Source: Cirrosporium novae-zelandiae (Eukaryota). From it: a stretch of DNA of 64,000 nt. Shown here in pieces: positions 1 through 12,453 of the stretch (position 1 is the stretch's first letter; the number at the start of each line of letters is the position of its first letter). Below the pieces are notes generated by a model. That model was not told the origin of the DNA. It was given only the letters and a program-made list of their open reading frames with translations, and ran no database searches. The stretch lies in contig JAPETS010000013.1 in NCBI GenBank assembly GCA_026023565.1, positions 434,001-498,000 of the forward strand, written 5' to 3'. The translations under genes were made by a program, and so were the position numbers.

Positions 1-1294
1 TCCTTGAAGAGTTCTGTATTTGGCCGGTTTACGGAGGAAAAGCAATAGAGGGCAATAGAGGGGCAATCAAAACCCACTCTTGTTTTTCATGTTTGTACTC
101 TTCACATGGGACTAAAGGACTAAAATCTGCGAACATCAAGAGACATCAGACGATCCTTGGTGGGACACACTGAGAACAGCCAATACCAAGCAATGTTGTT
201 GTGTAAACAATATCAAAGTAACTATAATTATATGCACGTAATCCATGTATTTATTGTATTAAATCTGACTGTTATGCGTAATGGTGTGAATCATGGGGTT
301 GGTCTTATGAAAGGGATAACTTGGATCATTACTGGGATTGGATTAGGTTTAAATTTAGTCTTGACTCTGCCTAAGATTCCTGTCAGATCCTCCCGCTGGA
401 TTGGTCCTTTTGGTCCTAATGCCCCCCTTAGATAAGCATCAAGCCCCTCAAGCAGGCCCCCCCCGTGCCCCCCGTGCCCCCCTCCCCCCAAGCCTTTCAT
501 CCAAAAGCCTCCAAAAAGCCGAAAGTCAGCCAAAGTAGCCCCGCCAACTGCCGACCCTATTGATTCATTCGCATTTCAATCATTTCAATCATTTCAATCA
601 TTTCAATACCTTCAATACCTAGGCCTCCCAGGTACACCACCTATCTCTCTCATTATTACAAGACGTTATCGTCACCCCCCGACCACGCCTTTAGTACTTT
701 GGTAATTCTTCAGCTGCTAGTAGCCATTTTCCTAGCTTCTCTAATTCAATAAAAATATCCTCCGTGTCTTCAGGCGACGGGCATACTCTCTACTCAAATA
801 TGCAGTAATTCTGAACTCTTCCCTCTTCTTCTTAGCTTTTCCAATATCCCACCTTTTAAAACCAGCATCGCCACTGGCCCTTATCTCAAACTTTCAAACC
901 CACATCCAAAACCTCCGAAAGGGATGCCTTTGCATTGATTCAAAGGTGGCCCACGGGCAAATACACCCACCCTCAGATCAAGTGTTCTTGTGTTGATGCG
1001 CTACAGAACACTTCTGATTTGATTCCCTTCGACCGACCACGTAATATAGAATAATTATTCCCTTGACAACACGAGCCATACTGCTTCCCATATTCTTTTT
1101 AATATCATCTTCCTCCACCGACCTATCGACTTCATCATCTCTCAGTCGCATCACTTCTCCCTCACTCTCGGTACCTTCGATATCCTCACCATACCTGTTA
1201 CTGTCAACATCCCATTCCGCTTCGTGGCGCTTGACATGTGGCGTATGGCGCGACAGAATAACTGTCCGCTTGGAAAAAGTTGTTGACGTCTATT

Positions 1295-2935
1295 ATGGAT
1301 TTTTTGGTAAGTCTGTTTTCCCTCCGAAATCCGCGCGACAATCGCGATATCGGAAGCAGTATATATGCGCATCACCATCCCTGCATATGAACCCAAGTAC
1401 CCCATGTTTATGCAACACCCTTACTTGTCCATGCTCAACCGCTAATTTGACTTTTTTCACAGCTCTGCCTCTCTCACTTTTGTGAGATCCACGGACCTAC
1501 CTCTATCCTCTGCACACAAGTCTCACCCGTCTCTTGTCCCACTTGTTTCCCACCAACACCTCCACGATCCCGGTCTGTGAGCCCACATGCATCATCAGAT
1601 ATCGAAAGCCAGGAGGAATGGAGACAACGACCATCGAGACATGCTGGTCATGGAAACTTCGATGAGGAATCAGAAACGAGTACCTTGCGAGGTACTATGA
1701 AGAGTCCCACCAATACTTCATTGCAGACCTTGGATCCGTTCGATAATATACCCCCTGGTCCTGGTGGCCATACAATTCAAAGTCACCCTTATTATATCGC
1801 TAGCACTCATAGCGACTTTGCTTCTCAACATAGACAATATAATAACCGTGGTGATATCGAAGGTGAAACGTGCGCGAGCTGCGATTTTAGTGTACCAACA
1901 ACAGTAAGCCAAAAATTACCCGAAGGAGCACCAGGAAGCCCGAAGAAGGACGGGAAGGGAAAAAATGGAAGCCCGGTTTTGAGGTCGCGGCAATCGGTCC
2001 ATGCTTGTGGGAATAACCATTCTGATCTTGATGATTTCTGCCATGATTCGGCCCAGGGCTCTTTTCCAAACCAGTTCTCACCTGAATCTCTTGGGTCTCT
2101 ATCTTCCACCAACTCAACTTGCCATAATCATCTGCTCACATATCTGACCCTCCATGGTCCATCAAATCCAGCGTCGTATTCTCTTCTTCGCCGATCGGCT
2201 ATCCGCACGTTGAGCTGCGAACTTTTACCCCGAGGACTCTCTTCTGGTCCTCTTTGTTTTGGGGACTCGATGGCAGGCTATACCATTGCGTATATTTTCA
2301 GATTGTCAGATACCAAGGCAAGGGGTCGACGACGTAGTTATGCACTTCTTGCGTTGGCGGGTAATGATGAGAGGAGGGCTGTTCGTGCTTGCCCAGTGGT
2401 ATGGCGTGCTTTTCATCGAATAGCTTCGACCATCGTCACGGCAGTCGAGAAGGTTCAGGATGAAGAAAAGAATCGAGAGGAGGTTGAACGTCAGGTTCCG
2501 CACCAGAGGACCGGATCTCGGAATTTCACTCCGGTCTCTTCATTCTTGACTGGTAGAGTCATGGATCCTGATGGGTATCCTTTGCGAGCTGGAACATCGA
2601 TCCGAGCGAAGGGTCTTCCCGAGCTGGTAGGCAATGACCTTTTCTTTGCTGAGATGCATGCAGAATTTGTTGGCCTCCTTAATGAATTGGGAAGTATGTT
2701 TGGTGGATTGCCTATCTCAACGAGGAATCCGAAGAAAGAGGAAAGACAGGCCGAAGAAACTTGTACAAAGACTGAAGATGAGTCACAAGAAACTATGAAT
2801 AATGAGGTGGGACTTGGCAGCAGCAAACAAGCTGAACAAGCTGGGAAGCGGTCTGCATCGATCCAAATACCTTTTCGACCAAGTTGCAATGCAGTAAGAC
2901 CTTTAAGAGATGCTTCAATATACGACCGTAGATGA
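1295..2935 (+). CDS. LST7: Folliculin / Lst7 (BHD) homolog, 2 exons (1295-1306, 1463-2935)
   Basis: ATG GAT TTT TTG|gtaagt...gctaat...cag|CTC splices to MDFLLCLSHFCEIHGPTSILCTQV, the folliculin N-terminal motif. It is in frame with ORF 1577-2935, which contains the folliculin motifs IRTLSCELLP, GPLCFGD, YIFRLSDTKARGRRRSYAL. Confidence 0.9.
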
Positions 2936-3636
2936 AGGCGCCAACGATTCTTAGAAGGATAATGGCTGATGAGCTATAGAACATCAAAGGATCAACGGAA
3001 GGATCCTAACCAGCTTTTTTCTTTTCTTTTTCTTCGTTTCTTTTGGGATACGACAGCCAATGCCGTCAGTTGGCTTTTGCAGTGAAGAGCGCTTCAACGA
3101 TACCCCGTCTACTTTTAGACCTTTTTTTTTTATATTATTTTGAAAGTGAATACGGCTTGATAGATAGTTGATAGCCATAGGGTTAATGGAAGGAAGAGAA
3201 ATTGTTGATGAAAATTCTTTTATAAGGTATGGTTTGTTTCTCTCAAGTCTCATGTATCTAGATCATGTGAAACGGTCAAGGGATGACTTGGCGGAATCAA
3301 ATTCGAGAATCCGGTTGCCAGAATGATTTGTACATGAACTGGGTGGTACTTGTTTCATTCCTGGGCACTTCTCTGCAGCCTCAGGTTTCATGTGTTCATG
3401 TAGATATCCTAATTACTAGAAAGCCTTCTGGGTAACCAAGCAGGGGCAAAAAGTCTCTTAATTAGTCAATTAATTAGGGCTCAAGCAACTCTCCGAAAGA
3501 GAAAGTAGACAAACGGCAACTTCCCTAACAAAATCACCTCGACTTTAAAATTCTCTAAATCTCTTTTCCTTTTCTTTTCTTTGGCCTCTGTCATAATCCA
3601 CAAGTACCACCATTAGAATCTAAATCTACTGCGAAG

Positions 3637-4715
3637 ATGGTCGCCTTTGACGAGTGTCCCGACCGGCCTAAGAATATTGATGATATTCTCAATGGGCTCG
3701 AACGCTACAATCCCGAAACCACAACTGTGTTCCAGGACTATGTAACACAGCAATGTGAAGACAGGACCATTGACGTTTATGCTAATTTGGCACTCTTGAA
3801 GCTGTGAGTCTTTGTTTTCCCCCCCCTTGCAACAGGTGTTTGTGTCCCCATTATTTCGTTTCGGACTTTTGCGTGTTCCAAATGATGATCAAGTAAACGT
3901 TTCCTATTACCTGAACTGGGTTGAGCGACCTTGAATCAGTTGTCTCTTTTCGATGAAGTCAGTTTATTAGCTCTATCTGAAACCACGCAATCCTAAATAG
4001 ACCTTCCCCTCCCTCTACCAAATATAGTTCATCCTCACTAACTGATCTATTGGACATTCTAGCTATCAATTTAACCCCCACCTAACTCGCGATGAGACCA
4101 CAACCAACATCCTCGTGAAAACCCTCACTATCTTCCCCTCCCCGGCCTTCTCTCTAGCCTTATCGCTCCTCCCTCCATCTCTCCTCTCCGCACAAGCCCT
4201 AACCTCTCCATCCTCAACCCAAAATGATGCCCCACTCGCCGAAGCCGTCCAAAAGCTCCGCCTCCTAAACCAACTTCTTGAGTCTGCCCAATACCGAGAA
4301 TTCTGGAACACACTAGACTCGGACGACCTATACGCAGATCTCGTAGCTGACGTTGCCGGCTTCGAGGAGCTAGTGCGCGTACGTATCGCCGTGCTGGTGG
4401 GCCAATGCTGGCGGGTGGTCGAGCGAAGCGTCCTAGAAGAATGGCTAAATGTCCGGGGAGCTGAGTTTGACAAGTTTGTTGGTGAGGTTTGTGGCTGGGG
4501 TGTTAGCGAGACAGGAGGGATGGTTAAGATACCGCTAAACAAGGAGAATGAGGCAAAGAGCATCATTGTTAGGGAGAACGTGAATATCGACCGTGAGTCC
4601 TCTTCCTCTCAGAGAAAACTAAAGGCCGCACCCACCAGAGTATTAGAAACATTACTAACCTGATCCCCTAGAATTTGCTCGTATCATTAAGCGTGCCTAC
4701 GAACAACCAGCCTGA
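3637..4715 (+). CDS. Translation initiation factor eIF3 subunit K, 3 exons (3637-3803, 4063-4592, 4672-4715)
   Basis: Spliced product [11 protein letters not shown]...[13 protein letters not shown]...[11 protein letters not shown]...VAGFEELVR...[22 protein letters not shown] matches the fungal eIF3k pattern; canonical GT-AG introns. Confidence 0.92.
3869..3990 (+). ncRNA. Intronic box C/D snoRNA with two rRNA-antisense guides (SNORD44/U44-like D guide)
   Basis: Inside the 259-nt eIF3k intron 1: terminal stem TTGCGTG(3869-75)/CACGCAA(3984-90); box C ATGATGA 3882-88; D' CTGA 3911-14; C'-like TCGATGA 3950-56; D CTGA 3977-80. Guide TATTAGCTCTA is complementary to conserved 18S UAGAGCUAAUA; guide ACGTTTCCTATTA is complementary (one G-U pair) to conserved LSU UAAUAGGGAACGU. 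Confidence 0.88.
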
Positions 4716-5526
4716 GCTGAGTTGAGCTAAGCACTAACTTAACTTCCTTATATGAAGATCGAAAGGGAATCTGTATCCTAGAACTATTGACATGACGATG
4801 ATTAGTGGGAAAAAACCCCTATGATTTTTTTGACGGCGTTAACGAATTGATATGATAAGAATATGGACCTCAGGGTGAGGATAATTCTCAATCCCATCCC
4901 ACATGAGGGATTACAAGCCTTGGTATATATAAGGCTAACCCTAGAAGAAGAGACTAGAAAAAAATAGTAAAAAATGAAACCAAAGTATCAATCAAACCAA
5001 CCTTGCGAATTGAAAGAGGAAATTAAATCTTTGTATCCATTCACCCTATATGGATGAACCTTGAGAGTTCTCTATCCACGAGACAAGCTAGAATTTTTAT
5101 AATATTTTATTTTTCCCTTTTCGGTTGCCATTCAATCATTCAATCATTCATTCGCTTCAGTTAAATCATAATTTAAACCCATACACTACTGAGCTAGGGA
5201 AATCATGACTAGCATTATTCAGAATACCAAATCTAACCTAACCCAACCCAACTCGCATCCATCCCCAAATTTTCGTTTCATTTTTTTCATAACCATGCCT
5301 TTCGGGAAAACTAAAGTGGTAACAAAATCGTAGATAACTAATTCGGCTTGACCTTTCCCTTCTCACAATTCTAGATAGGGCTTGGTCCATTCGCTAGTGG
5401 AAAGAAGAAGGGTGGTGAAAAAAAACAAAAGTAAATAATCGTGAAAAGTCATCATAGGTGAACGAGCCTCTTTTCTTAGAAGAGGTTCGAAGTAACGTGT
5501 ATGGACAGACAGAGCTCACGCAGCTC

Positions 5527-7212
5527 TTACAGGTCTGTTTTTAGAGTTGACGGATCAACTTTCTCATCGACCATCACCCAGGTCTCATCTTCCTTAGTCT
5601 CCATCTCCGGTTCAGCGGTACAGCCACCCTCGCCGTTAGCCACCCACTCGTCCGAAATCAATTTCGCGATATTCTTCCCCATCAACGCGCTAGTCTCCAT
5701 TGTGGAGATAAAGGCCTCCATGCCGCTGGTGTACCACAAACCCTCATCGATCTTAGGACGTTCGAACGTCACGCGCGGGTAGAGGAAGGGATATGCCTCC
5801 CAGATCTTCTCGGTGAGCCAGCTAATATCCTCTGCTGGGAAATCACTAAGGTCGGTAGAGACGGGGTCGGAGATTCCGAACACAGAGGATAGGAATGTGG
5901 TGTTGAGAGCCTGGGGGGAGAAAATCTTGTATAGGTGTTCCTCCTTCCCTGTTGCGGGATTCGTTATCATCCGTAGGAGGCTAATGCTCCAGAAGCCGGC
6001 GGGGCCGACGCCGTCTTTGCGAGAGCCCAGGTTTATATCTTCAGGCGTGGTGGTGAGGATAACTTCAGGAGGGTTAGGGACATTGAAGTAGGAAGATGAA
6101 AGCTTGTGCGGCGTTGCAAATATAGTAACGTGAAGCTTCACGTATGGAATCGGGTCAATTGAGATGGGTGGGGTGACTGAAATGTTGGATAACTGATAGG
6201 GAGCGGCCAGGATGACGGTGTCGAAGTCCTCTGAGACTGTAGATACTTCGTTGTCGGTGCTGGCGGTTTTGTATGTGACCTTGAAGCCAGACTCAAGCTT
6301 GCCCAAAGCAACCACGGTGGTGTTGAGCATGATGCCAGCTCCACTCAGTTTTGTCATGCCCTGAAATATCTGATAATTTCCTCCTTCGACACTTGTTGCT
6401 CCATCCGTAGCCAGGCATACCATTGTCCCCAAGCCATGGATTAGTCCTAGATTCTGTCCATAATTGACTCTAGTGCTAGCCTGTACAATATCTTTTGTGA
6501 ATCTAACGTTTACGTCTTTCTCTTCAAATAATTGTTCGCCTGTTGAGGCTACGGCTCCTGCGAGCCCAAGCTCATAGGTGGCCGCACTAAGATCCGTAAA
6601 TGGGAAATGCGAGTCATATAGCTGGAGGAATTTGCCAACGTATTCTTTCATCATGTTTTGAGCTTTGATAGGGGAGTATCCATAACGCCAGAACAGTTTC
6701 GCGAGGTCCCACCATTTGCCCCAGCTACCGCCCCGAGATTGTGTGAACACAAATTTCTCACCATTCCAAATTCCTATACTTCTGTCTGTTGTGTCATCTT
6801 CTTGATCATCAACTTTTGTAGTTGTCTCTTTGATAAAACTATGTATTTTCAGACCAAGCTCGGAAGCAGCCTTAACCAATATGTGGTTGATTTCCACAAA
6901 AATAGAGGCACCTAGTTCCACTGGCTCAGACTCTAGGCCGTAGACATCTGCGGTTATAGACCTTCCACCAATATAAGAGGTTCGCTCAAACACTGTAATA
7001 TTCGGAGCAGCAATTGGCGTGAAGGGACAACCTGGTACGTATTTGGAGAGATGATAGGCAGCTGATGCACCGCCAGCTCCAGCACCTATGATGGCGACTC
7101 TTTTGGGAGAAACGGCTGAAGAGACGGAAGAAGATGCCTGCAGAGGAGCTTGGTCTGCGCAGCCAAACCCTAGCAATGGGAGGAGAACCAGAAAAGCGGT
7201 CAGTTTTGTCAT
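5527..7212 (-). CDS. Prenylcysteine oxidase/lyase (FAD-dependent), intronless
   Basis: Signal peptide; Rossmann motif VAIIGAGAGGASAAY; ERTSYIGGRS; VELGASIFVEIN; ASTRVNYGQN; C-terminal YTSGMEAFISTMETSALMGKNIA; ends in KTDL (KDEL-like). Confidence 0.92.
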   Translation of the reverse strand: MTKLTAFLVLLPLLGFGCADQAPLQASSSVSSAVSPKRVAIIGAGAGGASAAYHLSKYVPGCPFTPIAAPNITVFERTSYIGGRSITADVYGLESEPVELGASIFVEINHILVKAASELGLKIHSFIKETTTKVDDQEDDTTDRSIGIWNGEKFVFTQSRGGSWGKWWDLAKLFWRYGYSPIKAQNMMKEYVGKFLQLYDSHFPFTDLSAATYELGLAGAVASTGEQLFEEKDVNVRFTKDIVQASTRVNYGQNLGLIHGLGTMVCLATDGATSVEGGNYQIFQGMTKLSGAGIMLNTTVVALGKLESGFKVTYKTASTDNEVSTVSEDFDTVILAAPYQLSNISVTPPISIDPIPYVKLHVTIFATPHKLSSSYFNVPNPPEVILTTTPEDINLGSRKDGVGPAGFWSISLLRMITNPATGKEEHLYKIFSPQALNTTFLSSVFGISDPVSTDLSDFPAEDISWLTEKIWEAYPFLYPRVTFERPKIDEGLWYTSGMEAFISTMETSALMGKNIAKLISDEWVANGEGGCTAEPEMETKEDETWVMVDEKVDPSTLKTDL

Positions 7213-8332
7213 AGTGAATTCCTTATTCTAATTTCAAGTCAGTTATTATATTTAGTTAAGTTTATGTATGGGCTACAGACTCACGTTGCTATTTGGAACT
7301 TGTTTTTGTATGGAATATACGGAATGCTCAAGACCAATGCGGTCAATAATTATGCTCCATAAATCATGAAGTATTAGTAAAACTGTTGTTTCCAAACACA
7401 GAGCTAGAGCTGCGTTGTACTTGTACCCTATACTTTGTAGCTTATTTCTGCCTTATCCGAAATTCGGCGATAAACACTAAACCCGAAATAACGATTGGGT
7501 GTATATAATGCCTCTATAGATTAGTAGATTTCTTAAATATTGTTGTAGTCAAACATCACTATTAAAATGTTTTATTTAGTGGTTAGAAAGTATACCGTAG
7601 AAAAATTTCTACTATAGCTTAGTAATCATATCTCTACCTGTCTTGAACTATGTTCGATCACAATCTCAATAACAGAACAGTTGGCAGTTATAACAATAGC
7701 TATATAAAGAGTCTCGATGTCTGAACACTAAAAGTTGCACTATAAACCTATCTACAGGTATTCCCGTCTGTCACCTTCAACGACGAAACCGAGGTCGAAT
7801 CAGCAGCTATGAAGCAAGGAAACTTAAGATCAAACATGGTTATACATATTATCTCCTGTGGAATGAGATAGTAACTACAGCATCGATGAGCAAAGCCAAA
7901 ATAAATACCCACATCTCCTAGCAAGTAGCGAATCCCTACTTGTAAAACAACTAATATTTGGAAATAGGACTTGCAACATGAACGTGTAGAACACGATCAG
8001 TCGCCGCCAGCTATAATCACACGATTGTGGAGGAAACATCCTTTGAGGTTGCAGCCACTGAAGGAACCTCAAAGTTATCTTTTGTCCACTGGGCGTGTGG
8101 ATTTTGGCGAAATATTATTCACCAGTACTGCACATCTAGAATCGGTTATCAAGCTGGAGTAAAAGAGCGCAAGTAGCGATTCGATATTCTCTGGGAATTT
8201 TAGAATCCAGGTATTAATGCTTTATATAAAACTAGGTAACATACCTGCTCGACCTCGAATGTCGCATTGATAATCACGCATTTTCTCTTCTTGGAAGCTC
8301 CAAAGAGCTATTCTCTAGTAATAATTTCATGG

Positions 8333-8683
8333 TCAAGCAGTATTCATCTTTTCACCAGCCTTTACAACAAGATCTTTCAAAACTTCCTTTTGCTTTGCGA
8401 TCTTCTCGAGTAGCTCCTGAATCTCTTCTTCTTGGTCGGCTAAACTCTTATCCGTTTCTGGTAGCTCTTGGACTGTGGCTCTAGCTTTCTGAAGCCTGAC
8501 TTTGATACCAGAAGCTTCGACAGGAAGGTCCTTCGCGTCTAGAGGCTGTTGTTTGGGATACGGAGATTGAGATGGATCGAGTCGTGAGAGGAGAGCATGG
8601 AGGGGTGGTAGACTATCGAAAGTTTGGGGTGGGGGCATAATTGATGGAGCGTAGGATTGATCGGTAACAGATGAAGACGGCAT
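8333..8683 (-). CDS. MED9: Mediator subunit Med9
   Basis: PPPQTFD..PPLH.LLSRL, then KDLPVEAS.IKVRLQKARA.V..LP...SL.DQEEEI..L coiled coil, as in fungal Med9. Confidence 0.8.
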   Translation of the reverse strand: MPSSSVTDQSYAPSIMPPPQTFDSLPPLHALLSRLDPSQSPYPKQQPLDAKDLPVEASGIKVRLQKARATVQELPETDKSLADQEEEIQELLEKIAKQKEVLKDLVVKAGEKMNTA

Positions 8684-9299
8684 GTCGGATAAACTATGGA
8701 ACGTGATGATTTAGAATATGGAACAGGATGATATCAGAAGCAGGCGACAGAGCTGAATGAAATATGAAAAGATCGGAATGTGTGCTGGATTGATACTAAT
8801 TATGTGCTTACTATTACTCCAGTAATTATCTGGGTAATGTGTTCCTAAGATCGTAGTTCGTTGGGAAAGCTCTGCTAGAATCTAGGAGTAATAGTAAGAC
8901 GCTGAGATGCGCGCAGACGCCCGAGGGGCCGTTGGTGGATGGCAATTTAACTCGGGAAAAGACAAGAGACAAGGGTTGATGATGTTGCTGTGGTATTTCG
9001 TTACACTTCTATGCAGTGGGATGGGCTGAACGTAATAAAATGTACTTGGAAGTATGGATTGGTGGGGTGACGTCGGGCAAATGGTGGGCTGTTGGCAGCT
9101 CATCAAAAGAAAAGAAATCGGACCCCCACCATAGCGAAGGAAAAGTCAGTTAAAGGTTGACCTCGCTACAAATCAAACCTTTCTCATTTATATACCTACT
9201 TGACTCTTTGAGTACCTCGTTGTCCAACCTAAGCGTTTTGTCATTGAAGATTCCTAGTTAATCTTATTACTGAATCATTCTTCATTCGCTACAGCAATC

Positions 9300-10971
9300 A
9301 TGGGGAAGGTCGATCAGAAAGCTGTCCTAAGTAATTACCCCTCATTTCTTCACCGACTCTACCATTTATATGCTAATTTATTCCCCTCTAGTTGTTATTG
9401 ACGGCTGGGGTATCCCCAGTGCAACGTCGCCCCCAGAGGGCGATGCCATTGCTGCGGCTGAGACGCCCTATATGGACGGTTTCAAGGCCCCCAACTCTAA
9501 GACTGCTTCAGGATACACTGAGCTCGAAGCCTCTTCCCTGGCTGTTGGTCTACCGGAAGGTTTGATGGGAAACAGTGAGGTTGGCCATCTCAACATTGGT
9601 GCTGGCAGAGTCGTCTGGCAAGATGTTGTTCGTATCGACCAGACCATCAAGAAGAGGGAATTGAACAAGATCGAAAACATTAAAAAGTCCTTCCAGCGTG
9701 CCAAGGACGGTAATGGGCGACTGCATCTTCTTGGCCTCATTTCCGACGGTGGAGTTCACTCGCATATCAATCATCTTTTTGCCCTCCTTGAGGTTGCTAA
9801 AGAAATCGGTGTCCCAAACGTCTACATCCATTTCTTCGGTGATGGTCGAGATACCGACCCCAAATCATCCGTCACATATATGAAGCAGCTATTGGCCAAG
9901 TTAGATGAGTTGAAAATTGGAAAAGTAGCTACCGTTGTTGGAAGGTACTATATTATGGACCGTGATAAGCGATGGGACCGTGTTGAAGTGGGGATGAAGG
10001 GTGTTATCACTCGCGAAGGCGAGGGGAGCACTGATCCTGTGGCTACCATTGAGGAGCGATACGCCAAGGGCGAGAACGACGAGTTCTTGAAACCCATTAT
10101 CGTTAACGGAAAGGAGGGTGGTGTTCAGGACAATGACACTTTGTTCTTCTTTAACTACCGATCAGATCGCGTCCGGGAAGTCACTCAACTCATTGGGGAT
10201 GTTGACCGGTCACCTAAACCAGATTTCCCATACCCTAAGAACATCCATATCACCACAATGACACAATACAAGACTGACTATCCTTTCCCTATCGCTTTCC
10301 CACCTCAACACATGGGCAACGTGCTCGCAGAATGGCTTAGCAAGAAGGAGATTAAACAATGTCATTGTGCCGAAACAGAGAAATACGCTCATGTTACCTT
10401 CTTCTTCAACGGTGGTGTTGAGAAGCAATTCCCAGGAGAAGATCGTGAACTCATCCCTTCACCCAAGGTGGCAACATATGACCTAGAACCTCCAATGAGC
10501 GCAGCGAAAGTAGCAGACCGACTGTGCGAGAGAATAGCGGAAGGCAGGCATGAATTCTTAATGAACAACTTTGCTCCACCAGATATGGTTGGACATACTG
10601 GAGTATACAAGGCAGCCATCCAAGGTGTGGCGGTTACCGATAAAGCAATTGGCCAGATATACGAGCAATGTCTCAAGCATGGCTATATGCTCTTCATAAC
10701 AGCTGATCATGGGTAAGTAATTACCAAGTATATACTGGATATTCGGGTTAACTTCTGTAATAGTAATGCCGAGGAAATGTTGAACGGAGAGGGCACGCCC
10801 AAGACATCTCACACTACTAACAAGGTACCATTCGTCATGGCCAATGCACCAAAGGGATGGAGCCTCAAGGAAGGCGGTGTTATAGGGGACGTTGCTCCGA
10901 CTATACTTGCAGCGATGGGCATTGAGCAGCCGGAGGAAATGACTGGAACAAGTCGCTTGGTTAAGGCATAA
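9300..10971 (+). CDS. 2,3-bisphosphoglycerate-independent phosphoglycerate mutase, 3 exons (9300-9330, 9392-10712, 10764-10971)
   Basis: VIDGWG, GLMGNSEVGHLNIGAGR, SDGGVHSH, GRYYIMDRDKRW, AETEKYAHVTFFFNGG, DMVGHTG, TADHG/NAE, TSHT motifs of iPGM; canonical splice sites. Confidence 0.97.
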
Positions 10972-11297
10972 ATCATGAATAGAGAAATAGAATAGAAACG
11001 AGAATTGAATTGTTAACGTTGGAAACGCCAGTGTCAAAAATTCGCTTTTATCTGCGGTCGATGTTGGGTAATTCTGGCTTCATTCTTCCACTCGGACTCT
11101 AATCAGCCCAACCACAGAATCTTCCCTCAGTGGATGTAGCTTAGTTTCAAGGTACTGTGTTGATTGTGCTTCAAAGTTCGAGATTCCCCGAATCATGATA
11201 ATCTGTTGATAGGGCTCGGGGAGAAGATTCTTTGAATTGGTACATGTGGCGTGGACATGAGATGAGTACTGGAATGTATTCTAATTGTTTAATTCTT

Positions 11298-11886
11298 TCA
11301 CGAAGCGCCTTGTGTCTGCTGTTGATGCTGTTGGATAGCCGTTTGAAGCCGGTAGAGCTACGGAGGGATTAGATTTACTGGTATGCATCAAATGAAGACA
11401 AACTGACCTCCATCTTCTTTGTTTCACTCTGCTCTTGGATATCTTTGATTTGGCCCTCGATCCGCTTGCTACAAACGCATTAGTTTATCTTTCACTTGGT
11501 CGGTATAGAAGATTTTATACATTTCATTTCCAATGAAATCCAGCCGACTCTTAACTGCCAGCACAGCTTCGGTCTTGTCCTGTTTCAAGAGCACTGGGCC
11601 AACCTGTTTGTAGATATTTGCATCTTCGCCCAGCTTATCGAATTCCTGTGGAGAGTCGTCAATTCCCGACTCAAAATATAGTATCTATGTAAATAGTCCC
11701 TAACCTTCTGAACACCCTTATTCTCTTGCTCCTGAGACTCTAGTCTTTGGCGCGCTTCAACGTTGCCTTGAAGGTCTGAAATTTTTATCAGCCAAGAAGT
11801 TGATATACGGCATGCGACCATATACCTCCTTGCAGTTTTTGGAATTCATCCGTCAGATTTTGCAGTTTTTGTTGCTCCTCAGCCAT
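11298..11886 (-). CDS. YKE2: Prefoldin subunit 6 (Yke2/Gim1), multi-exon
   Basis: MAEEQQKLQNLTDEFQKLQG/DLQGNVEARQRLESQEQENKGVQK/EFDKLGEDANIYKQVGPVLLKQDKTEAVLAVKSRLDFIGNE.../...QQTQGAS* across short GT-AG introns. Confidence 0.9.
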
Positions 11887-12453
11887 GGCTTAATATTTTT
11901 TAAGGAAATTGAAGTGAGTTGAGGGTATACAGTATTCCAGAGAAGTTGTCGTAGTATATTTGTATCAAGGGCGAAGTCGTGGGCCTAGGCTACTCTGTAG
12001 ATGGGGCAAATGCTTTCAACCACCATGACATCGCCCCGCCAACTCCATACATATTTTGACCAAAACAACAGCGCAATAATCTCAAGTACTGCTGTAGGCT
12101 TGTCGGACTTTTTGCGCCTCTACCATCTACATGTGCTAAAAGTAAGAATCCAGCTTTTATTTAATTGACTAACGCTTACATTTAGTGGTTAGCAAGTGCT
12201 GTTCAAGCATTCATAGCCAGATAGGATAAGCCTCTCTCCACAGCACTTCCTACAAACCACCATTGATTTGAGAACCTTTTATCTATCGGACCTTGTCCTA
12301 TTATTTATACCTCAACAACTTCGGGGATTAGTTTCTGCGGCTCCTGGAATCTTGTCCTCCGTCTCCAAATCCTTGTACCGTCCCTAAAGCTACGGACCTA
12401 CATCTAACTCAAACCCCGCCGCCCCTGACTACAACTCGGAGAATAGAAACGCA

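Noticed and set aside
1313..1359. Hairpin (TCCGA..CGCGA-caa-TCGCG..TCGGA) in the folliculin intron as an H/ACA snoRNA
   Set aside because: No convincing ANANNA hinge or second hairpin with a terminal ACA.
157..1485. Short ORFs 157-435, 291-533, 1063-1485 and 1151-1405
   Set aside because: No recognisable motifs; they overlap low-complexity tracts or the folliculin 5' region and intron.
9300..10971. Bacterial-like iPGM as a recent horizontal transfer
   Set aside because: Cofactor-independent PGM is the normal form in filamentous ascomycetes, and this gene has typical fungal introns.
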